From an uncultured virus (IMG/VR IMGVR_UViG_3300027779_000022) (Duplodnaviria; Heunggongvirae; Uroviricota; Caudoviricetes): a stretch of 64,000 bases of DNA. The notes beneath the pieces are model-generated. The model saw only the letters and a list, made by a program, of their open reading frames with translations, made no database searches and had not been told where the DNA came from. Positions within the stretch are counted from its first letter, which is position 1, and each line of letters starts with the position of its first letter. The DNA lies in the IMG/VR virus record IMGVR_UViG_3300027779_000022; one strand, 5' to 3'. The translations under genes were made by a program, and so were the position numbers. Positions 57,238 to 64,000 of the stretch are shown one piece after another.

Positions 57238-57942
57238 ATGCTTTCATCAAAAAAATTAAAATGGCGTAGGGTTATTAATGAGCTAGAGTATCTGTATGAT
57301 GAATATGATATAGTTAGCGAACTTACAAAACAAACTGGCATCGAATTTGAAATATATTATAAAACATATTGCGCAAAGAATAACATTGATAGAGACCGCC
57401 TCAATAAAGAGAACGAAGAGAGACTAGAAGAATTGTACGGCCGGCCACCTCAAAAAGATGAGGAAGAGGTTTCATGCGCTTCAGAATACTCAGGAAGCAC
57501 AGAACTTGTGGTAACCGAACCGGAACCAGAAGAAGAATATGAAGAATTTATAGATGATGATGATTTCAAAGATTTACATAGTGAATTTAATAAGTTGTTT
57601 AAGAAGTTAGCCTTACTCCTACATCCAGATAGAATTGAAAACCACACATCCGATGAAGAGTACAAGCGTAAATTAGCTGCAGATTTCTCAAAAGCAAGAC
57701 AAAGTTTAGAGAAGAAGAGATATTTTGAACTGATCAAACTTGCAAAAAAGTATAATGTCTTTATACCAGAGAATTATACTATTCAAGTTAGATGGTTTAA
57801 AAAAGATAAAGAAGGTATTATGACCGAAATTAACAAAACCAAAAAAACATACAACTATAAATTCTCGGAATGTGAAAGCGATGAAGAGCGTGATGCATTG
57901 ATAAAGAGCTTCATTTCACAAGTCTTTCGAATAAAAAAATAA
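57238..57942 (+). CDS. J-domain-containing protein
   Basis: FKKLALLLHPDR HPD motif. Confidence 0.65.
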   Translation: MLSSKKLKWRRVINELEYLYDEYDIVSELTKQTGIEFEIYYKTYCAKNNIDRDRLNKENEERLEELYGRPPQKDEEEVSCASEYSGSTELVVTEPEPEEEYEEFIDDDDFKDLHSEFNKLFKKLALLLHPDRIENHTSDEEYKRKLAADFSKARQSLEKKRYFELIKLAKKYNVFIPENYTIQVRWFKKDKEGIMTEINKTKKTYNYKFSECESDEERDALIKSFISQVFRIKK

Positions 57943-57957
57943 ATCGATAGAATCCGG

Positions 57958-57986
57958 TTGACAGGCGCCTCCTAAGTTGTTATAAT
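57958..57986 (+). promoter_or_regulatory. sigma70-type promoter
   Basis: TTGACA-17-TATAAT with TG extension. Confidence 0.85.
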
Positions 57987-58012
57987 ATTAGTGTAGTCAC
58001 AAGGAGGTTTAG

Positions 58013-58270
58013 ATGGCTAATACAAATGAAGAGAAGAAGAGATACATTAAGGAATATATTCGTTCGTTGCGCGCAATTGAAGACGCAATAGAACCATACA
58101 AGAGCCAGAAGAGAGATCTGCGCAGTGAATACCGTGAGAACGGCTGGCTCGATACAGACGAGATCCGGACAGCAGTTAAGGCATACCGCTTGTTTACTGG
58201 AAAGGTCAACATCGATGAGGTTGTTGAGAGTTTTGAGTTGATCACTGGTGGAGAAAATAATGATTCTTGA
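58013..58270 (+). CDS. small dsDNA-binding protein (T4 DsbA/GapR-like)
   Basis: YI..LRAIE...K..KRDL..EY...LD.DEIR.AV pattern; AAGGAGG SD. Confidence 0.5.
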   Translation: MANTNEEKKRYIKEYIRSLRAIEDAIEPYKSQKRDLRSEYRENGWLDTDEIRTAVKAYRLFTGKVNIDEVVESFELITGGENNDS

Positions 58271-58715
58271 ATATGCAAAAATGCGCCAGAATGCGGTTAG
58301 CCCCGAGAGGGCCAACCCATCAGACGCCGGCCTAGATGTCTTCTTCTCACCAGAAGAACCGATATCTGTGGTTCTAAATCCGGGCGATAGCAAGGTTTTA
58401 TCAACAGGTCTGAAGTTCGGAGTACCACACGGTTATATGCTGGAAGTGAAGAACCGCAGCAGCGTGGCGGCTAAACGTTCCCTTATTGTTGGGGCGTGTG
58501 TTGTTGATTCAGGTTATGATGGAGAAGTATTCATCAATTTACACAACGTTGGGAACACCCTGCAGGTCCTTTCAACGGGAGACAAGATTGCACAGTTGGT
58601 GATGACACCAGTTGTCCACTTTAGACCCCTGGAGACTGCAGAAGACACCCTGTACAGCTATCCGATGACGATTAGTAACAGAGGCGCCGGCTCACTAGGG
58701 AGTACCGATGAATAA
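58260..58715 (+). CDS. dut: dUTPase
   Basis: DAGLD, RSS, VDSGYDGE, GDKIAQL, RGAGSLGST. Confidence 0.93.
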   Translation: MILEYAKMRQNAVSPERANPSDAGLDVFFSPEEPISVVLNPGDSKVLSTGLKFGVPHGYMLEVKNRSSVAAKRSLIVGACVVDSGYDGEVFINLHNVGNTLQVLSTGDKIAQLVMTPVVHFRPLETAEDTLYSYPMTISNRGAGSLGSTDE

Positions 58716-59832
58716 AGTAACTAATATAAGAAACTACGGTGCGCTGGCCAGTGCGCTGGCCCCACAGGTGCCGGCCGCAATGAAAGCTCGCGAAAATAGA
58801 AACGTTTATTGTCCTGTTAGAAACAAGATAGTGACAGAATATTTGTACCACCATGGTGAACTAATGCGCATTACTCGCCCGGGCCAGGCTCGTGTGGAGG
58901 ATAGCAAAAACGAAGATGTGGCCTTATTGTCGACTCAGTTAAAGGACGAAGGGCAGTATCTCGGCGCATGTATTCTGGTCACAGAAGAAGGGAACGTCAT
59001 TCTTTGGGGAAACACCAGACACAGATCGACTGTTCGCCTAAGCACCGAGGGTTCCTCAATTAAAGGTATCCCATCCGGTTATTTGTGGGCTAGCCGCTAC
59101 AACGAGCCGCACAAGTTAATTTCACAATATCAGGCTATTGAAAACAACATACATCCTCACTCAAAGTTAGCCACAACATCAGACAACGTAAAGTCGCTTC
59201 AAACAATGATTGAAGATGGCCTATTGGCTCACGATGATGGCAGACTTTTCTCGGAACTTGGTGATGTTGAGATGAAAGCCCAGGTTATTGCTGCAGCAAA
59301 ACGATGTCACATACGATCATCTACACACAAGGCTTTATGGAATCGTGTTAAAAAAAGCACAGCCGCTGTGCAAGAAAAGATGAGAAGCTGGGAAAAACAC
59401 GAATTGGCTTCTTATTTTGGCAACAACAACGATTATGGTTTGAGCGCCGAAAAATTAGTTAATTTTAAGCAGTCGTGCGGGTGGATTCTTGAAACCACTG
59501 ATGGACGCAAAATTGGTTTATACTTTATTCTCAACACTGCTTCTGCAACTGCAACATTATCACAGTGTCACAAAAAGCGCAACATTAATAAAAAGGTTGA
59601 TGAAATTGTAATTGTTGCGAGCATCAACGGGGTCAACTCAAAAGGCATTACCAAGGCCCGAGCGATAGTTATTGACAGCATTAAGGAGTGGAACCCCACC
59701 GTAAAAGGAGATATTACTGTTGATCGTGTTATGTTCGTTCCGCAAACCGAATCAGAACAAAATACAGAGATGATTAGCGGTCATTTTATTTTAGATACCA
59801 AGCTTGGTAAGAGTGGTAAGAACAATGAATAA
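58708..59832 (+). CDS. hypothetical protein, possible ParB/Srx-like N-terminal domain
   Basis: ILV...VILWGNTR resembles the ParB/Srx GxxR motif. Confidence 0.45.
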   Translation: MNKVTNIRNYGALASALAPQVPAAMKARENRNVYCPVRNKIVTEYLYHHGELMRITRPGQARVEDSKNEDVALLSTQLKDEGQYLGACILVTEEGNVILWGNTRHRSTVRLSTEGSSIKGIPSGYLWASRYNEPHKLISQYQAIENNIHPHSKLATTSDNVKSLQTMIEDGLLAHDDGRLFSELGDVEMKAQVIAAAKRCHIRSSTHKALWNRVKKSTAAVQEKMRSWEKHELASYFGNNNDYGLSAEKLVNFKQSCGWILETTDGRKIGLYFILNTASATATLSQCHKKRNINKKVDEIVIVASINGVNSKGITKARAIVIDSIKEWNPTVKGDITVDRVMFVPQTESEQNTEMISGHFILDTKLGKSGKNNE

Positions 59833-60298
59833 AACAACACAAAAGACAATGTTCAGCTCTGCCACCGGCAACTGGTCAACCCCGCAAGATTTTTTCGACA
59901 AGCTAAATTGGAGATTTGGGCCCTTTAACCTGGATCCCTGTGCCAGTCCACATAACACTAAATGTGCAAACTTCTTCACAGAAGCTGAGAATGGCTTGGA
60001 AAAAGATTGGGAAGGATTTACCTGCTTTGTTAACCCTCCGTATGGAAGAGGCATTGACAAGTGGATTGCAAAGGGTTATAATGAAGCAATGAAGAATGAG
60101 ACCAAAGTTGTCATGCTCATCCCGGCCCGCACCGACACAAAGTACTGGCACAATTATGTAATGAAGGCTTCAGAGATCTATTTTATAAAAGGTAGGTTGA
60201 AGTTTGGAGATAGTAAGAATAGCGCACCATTCCCATCTGCTGTCGTAATTTTCGACGGTGGTGATGGCCTGTGGCGCACAGAAAGCATTAATAAATGA
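59825..60298 (+). CDS. phage DNA N6-adenine methyltransferase (Dam-like)
   Basis: WSTPQ, LDPCA, FVNPPYG, LIPARTDT, GRLKF, SAPFPS. Confidence 0.9.
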   Translation: MNKTTQKTMFSSATGNWSTPQDFFDKLNWRFGPFNLDPCASPHNTKCANFFTEAENGLEKDWEGFTCFVNPPYGRGIDKWIAKGYNEAMKNETKVVMLIPARTDTKYWHNYVMKASEIYFIKGRLKFGDSKNSAPFPSAVVIFDGGDGLWRTESINK

Positions 60299-60552
60299 GT
60301 AAGTTGATGAATCGCAAGCACCGCCGTTCAATGAAAAAGACGATGGGTGCTGATGCAACCGAGACCCTCTCAAACAAGATGTCACAGTTTGGTAAATTAC
60401 CAGAACATTGTAACACTTGTCAAGAGGACTTTGATAAACAGGACAAAGAAATGATAAAATCTTGGAGTGTGGTTGTTAAACAAGACGTTGTGAGATTGTT
60501 TTGTCCAGAATGTATAAGAAAAACACAGGAGGCTTTGGATGCCAGTTACTAG
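60295..60552 (+). CDS. small Zn-ribbon protein
   Basis: CNTC...CPEC. Confidence 0.65.
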   Translation: MSKLMNRKHRRSMKKTMGADATETLSNKMSQFGKLPEHCNTCQEDFDKQDKEMIKSWSVVVKQDVVRLFCPECIRKTQEALDASY

Positions 60553-60913
60553 AATATCAAAAGAATCCCTAGAGGATTTACTAAGAGGGAAAGTTAAGGA
60601 AGATGCCACGTGCGTTCTAAAATTTTACTCTAATGACTGCCATCTCTGTCATGCGCTGCAAGATTATTTTGTTGGTATTTCTGAACTAGAGAAGTATAGC
60701 GACCTACATTTTTTTGCATACAATATAGATGACAATCCGAAAATCGAGAAAGAACTCGGGTTTAAGGGTGTTCCCACGATCTTCGTAATCCATTCAAATA
60801 TTGGAAATCGCCCCGCAACCCTGAGATTACTCCCGGAACCAGAAAAGCCGAATGATGTGACATGGTACAAAGTTAGAGACATCAAGAGTTTCATCGACAA
60901 GGAGGCTTTATGA
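60539..60913 (+). CDS. thioredoxin-like protein
   Basis: FYSNDCHLC, GVPTI. Confidence 0.8.
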   Translation: MPVTRISKESLEDLLRGKVKEDATCVLKFYSNDCHLCHALQDYFVGISELEKYSDLHFFAYNIDDNPKIEKELGFKGVPTIFVIHSNIGNRPATLRLLPEPEKPNDVTWYKVRDIKSFIDKEAL

Positions 60914-61950
60914 GAAAAGCCTTATCATATGATGATGTGCTGCTATCGCCGGCATACTCAGATATTCGAAGTAGAAGCGACATCTCAATTGAAACCGATC
61001 TCGGAAAAGGGCTTAAGTTACGCTTTCCAGTCATTGCATCTCCGATGGATACAATATCGGAAGCCGCCATGGCAATCGAATTGGGGTACCTAGGCGGTAC
61101 CGCTGTGATTCATCGATATAATACAATTGAGATGCAAGCTAGAAATGTTAGCATGGCAAAAGATTTTGGCAAAGAAAAATACAAAGTTGAAATAAATGTC
61201 GGTGCAGCTATCGGAGTTAGTGGTGACTTTATGAAGAGAGCCACCGCTTGTGTTGACTCTGGAGCCACCTTCCTGTGTGTTGATATTGCACACGGACACC
61301 ACATATTAATGCAAGAAGCGCTAACCTCTTTGAGAAACTTGTTTGGCTATGATTTACACATCATGGCTGGTAACGTTGCCACCCTTGAGGGTATCAACTC
61401 TCTAGCTGATTGGGGCGCAGATAGTGTCCGGTGTAATATTGGCGGCGGCTCAATATGCTCTACGAGAGTACAAACAGGCCATGGTATGCCAGGTCTTCAA
61501 ACAATTATAGACTGCGCCAAGACTGATCGCGACGTAGCAATCATCGCAGATGGTGGCATTAGGAATTCCGGCGATATTGTTAAAGCTTTGGGTGCGGGTG
61601 CAGATGCAGTTATGTGCGGGTCGCTATTGTCGGGTACCGATGAGACACCAGGGAAGGTTTTTGAAGAAGCTGACGGGACTAGGTGGAAAACGTATAGAGG
61701 CATGGCCTCCAAAGAAGCTCAAGTTAATTGGCGCGGCAGCTATTCTTCGTATGAGGGAGTCTCGGCCCGCGTCCCCTACCGCGGTACGGTAAAGAGTATT
61801 TTGTTCGATCTTGAGAAAGGGATACGCTCGGGGTTTTCCTATAGCGGCGCACGAAGCGTCACAGAGTTTCAAGCGAAAGCAGATTTTGTTGTTCAAACCT
61901 CTGCCGGCATGGGAGAGAGCAGAACCCACATAATGGGGAGGAAATGGTGA
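60910..61950 (+). CDS. IMPDH/GMP reductase family protein
   Basis: [35 protein letters not shown]; no CBS domain. Confidence 0.9.
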   Translation: MRKALSYDDVLLSPAYSDIRSRSDISIETDLGKGLKLRFPVIASPMDTISEAAMAIELGYLGGTAVIHRYNTIEMQARNVSMAKDFGKEKYKVEINVGAAIGVSGDFMKRATACVDSGATFLCVDIAHGHHILMQEALTSLRNLFGYDLHIMAGNVATLEGINSLADWGADSVRCNIGGGSICSTRVQTGHGMPGLQTIIDCAKTDRDVAIIADGGIRNSGDIVKALGAGADAVMCGSLLSGTDETPGKVFEEADGTRWKTYRGMASKEAQVNWRGSYSSYEGVSARVPYRGTVKSILFDLEKGIRSGFSYSGARSVTEFQAKADFVVQTSAGMGESRTHIMGRKW

Positions 61951-62282
61951 ACCCTATAGAAACAGGCGAATCTTATGGAACGAATAACAAGAGAATTGTT
62001 TTTACAGAGTCGGATCATAGACATGCCAAGCTAATTTTAAAATTAAAAGGCGATGGATTAACGCAAGCTAAATTCTTTAGAAGTGTTATAACAGGTTATT
62101 TAGATGGAGATAAAAGGATCCGAGACTTTGTTTTCGAACACAGCAGCTTTTCTCAAAACAAAAAGAAAAAGATAGAAAAGTTGAAAGCCAAAGGTGATGA
62201 AACCTTAAACGAGCTTGGACTAAATGAAGATCAAATAGATGATCTTTTCGACGTCATCTCGATGGAGTTCCCGGATTTATGA
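61944..62282 (+). CDS. hypothetical protein (possible ribbon-helix-helix)
   Basis: KRIVF...LILKL...TQAKFFRSVI. Confidence 0.55.
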   Translation: MVNPIETGESYGTNNKRIVFTESDHRHAKLILKLKGDGLTQAKFFRSVITGYLDGDKRIRDFVFEHSSFSQNKKKKIEKLKAKGDETLNELGLNEDQIDDLFDVISMEFPDL

Positions 62283-62536
62283 AAAAAGATGGTCTACTGC
62301 CATGTAGCAGAAAGTGTATGAAAAACAAGAAGATCTGTGGTTCAACCGATTGTCGGCATTACATTAATTTCAAAGAAGAGTACAATTGTACGCTGATCGC
62401 TATTTATGAAAATGGCGCAATGACTTTAAGAGAAATAGGTGATAGGCTCGGCATTTCTTTTGCGAGAGTAAAACAAATAGAGTCTCAAGCACTTAAAAAA
62501 ATTAAACACTCTAGCCTAAATTCATTTTTAAACTAG
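62279..62536 (+). CDS. stand-alone sigma70 region 4 HTH with Cys-rich N-terminus
   Basis: MTLREIGDRLGISFARVKQIESQALKKI; five N-terminal Cys. Confidence 0.8.
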   Translation: MKKDGLLPCSRKCMKNKKICGSTDCRHYINFKEEYNCTLIAIYENGAMTLREIGDRLGISFARVKQIESQALKKIKHSSLNSFLN

Positions 62537-62596
62537 CGTAATCAAAAGATAGATACTATTTACACTAGGAATTTTATTCAATAAGGAGAATTTTAA

Positions 62597-63205
62597 ATGT
62601 CCCGTAAAACTTTATTAACTGAAGCTGAAGTAAGACAGTTTCTTAAACTTGCTAACCTTGGCTCTATCGGTGACGCTAGAATTCAAGAAATGTATAACCC
62701 AGAAGACGAAGAGCCTGTAGAGATGCAGGAAGAAGAAGACATGGAAATGGATGTCGAAATGGCGCCCGGAGATGAGATGGGCGGCGATGAGATGGATATG
62801 GAGATGGGCGCCGAAGGCGACGAAGATATGGATGACTTAGGCGGCGATGAGATGGATATGGATGCCGGCGGCGAAGGTCGTATGGTTGATGTTGAAGACT
62901 TCATGGGAGCGCTTGAGGCAGCCCTTGAGGATGTTCTTGGAGAACCTGTCTCAACTGAGATGGATGACGAAGAAGATGCCGAGATGGATGACGAATTAGG
63001 CGATGAAGAAGCAGACATGGGTGACATGGGTGCCGAAATGGGCGCCGAAGCCGAAATGGGCGCCGAAGAGGAAGAGCCCATGATGCAAGAAAAAACCATC
63101 AACGAAATTGCCAAGCGTGTAGCTGATAGATTGAGCAAAGCAAAGAGCAAAGATGTGATGGTCGACAAGTTGGCTGAGAGAATCATGAAAAGGTTAACCA
63201 AGTAG
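62597..63205 (+). CDS. very acidic Met/Asp/Glu-rich late protein
   Basis: Late motif at 62555, AAGGAG SD, low complexity. Confidence 0.7.
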   Translation: MSRKTLLTEAEVRQFLKLANLGSIGDARIQEMYNPEDEEPVEMQEEEDMEMDVEMAPGDEMGGDEMDMEMGAEGDEDMDDLGGDEMDMDAGGEGRMVDVEDFMGALEAALEDVLGEPVSTEMDDEEDAEMDDELGDEEADMGDMGAEMGAEAEMGAEEEEPMMQEKTINEIAKRVADRLSKAKSKDVMVDKLAERIMKRLTK

Positions 63206-63206
63206 G

Positions 63207-63235
63207 TTGACAAGCTAAAGCATTTATGTTATTAT
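63207..63235 (+). promoter_or_regulatory. sigma70-type promoter
   Basis: TTGACA-17-TATTAT with TG extension. Confidence 0.65.
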
Positions 63236-63263
63236 AACCACCACATGCTGGTGGTTATTTTTT
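63235..63263 (+). terminator. terminator-like hairpin
   Basis: TAACCACCA-catgc-TGGTGGTTA plus T6. Confidence 0.65.
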
Positions 63264-63272
63264 GGGGTTATA

Positions 63273-63671
63273 GTGGAAAGCTGGTTGCTACATATTTTAG
63301 TGTTTATTTTTGGTTATGTTACTTGCACAACGTTTTATTTTCTAAGAGCAAACAGGCTTAGCCTTTCTTTGATTAAACTGTCTCATGTGGTATACCTTTC
63401 TTGTGTTATAAAAGCTATTGAAACTCTTGTGAATGCGAGAGAAGCTGCCAGAAAAGAGTATATTGAATCAGATGCTGACAAGAATTCGCTAATCAGCCTT
63501 GAAAATAGAGTAGATAGTGAAATTAAAACACTAAAAGACAATTCTATCGCATACTTATTACAGGCTCATCCTAAATTTTATCGAGAAGCATTGAAGTTTG
63601 ACAATTGGCAATCCTCAATGGTATATCTTAAGGAAAATAAGGCTGCGGTTTTTAAATTTTGGAATAAATAA
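63273..63671 (+). CDS. membrane-anchored hypothetical protein
   Basis: N-terminal hydrophobic segment; GTG start. Confidence 0.6.
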   Translation: MESWLLHILVFIFGYVTCTTFYFLRANRLSLSLIKLSHVVYLSCVIKAIETLVNAREAARKEYIESDADKNSLISLENRVDSEIKTLKDNSIAYLLQAHPKFYREALKFDNWQSSMVYLKENKAAVFKFWNK

Positions 63672-63672
63672 A

Positions 63673-64000
63673 ATGCTAAATAAGATCAAAGACCTTCTTA
63701 ACGAAGTAACATCCACCGACAAGGGCGACAAAAATATCAAGACTCTAAAAATGGATGAGGAAACGTTAGAAGAAGTCATGGCGATACTGGCTGCCCAGCA
63801 GACCGAGCCAGATATGAGAACTATCGGACTTTTCACTGACGTGGCAGAAGAGAAGATTGCAGAATTAGCACACGCGATGCTATACCTGCAGGAACTTAAC
63901 AGGCTCGACACCACCGGAAAAAATCAGAAACCAATAGAGTTTTATATTTCTACGTATGGTGGCTCGGCCGATGATATGTTCGCTCTCTATGACATCATGC
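63673..64000 (+). CDS. second ClpP-like protein (truncated by window edge)
   Basis: Manual translation: RTIGLFTDV...AMLYL...KPIEFYISTYGGSADDMFALYDIM. Confidence 0.75.
   Translation, partial: MLNKIKDLLNEVTSTDKGDKNIKTLKMDEETLEEVMAILAAQQTEPDMRTIGLFTDVAEEKIAELAHAMLYLQELNRLDTTGKNQKPIEFYISTYGGSADDMFALYDIM

Noticed and set aside
1..64000. tRNAs, introns, inteins, reverse transcriptase, integrase or stop-codon recoding
   Set aside because: None recognised by eye; core genes are uninterrupted and of normal length with all three stops in use. A tRNAscan/Infernal run is needed to exclude RNA genes fully

Overview
The window is a continuous, almost entirely + strand segment of a large T4-like myophage genome. 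1-3.4 kb holds small head-associated ORFs and a putative holin/spanin cassette. 3.4-23.6 kb is the head module: terminase, portal, prohead protease, a phage ribosomal protein bS21, a cluster of paralogous fibre-like genes, scaffold and major capsid protein. 24.8-40.7 kb is the neck, tail and baseplate module. 40.7-64 kb is a replication and metabolism module: a minimal PolA-family protein, a degenerate tubulin/FtsZ-like protein, gp32-like SSB, RecA/UvsX, 5'-3' exonuclease, gp41/DnaB helicase, class II RNR, GroES, amidase, DnaE, two ClpP-like genes, a J-domain protein, dUTPase, Dam-like MTase, thioredoxin, IMPDH/GMPR and a stand-alone sigma region 4 protein. Two promoter classes are visible: TTGACA-17-TATAAT-type sites before replication genes and an ACTA(T/C)TTA motif before virion genes. 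The most unusual element is an array of four copies of a ~30-nt H-type pseudoknot between ssb and recA, each sitting just ahead of a ribosome-binding site. Other notable signals are a kissing-loop RNA leader after the capsid gene, a likely +1 frameshift before the tape measure gene, and strong over-representation of GCCGGC. All protein calls come from motif recognition by eye, not database searches.
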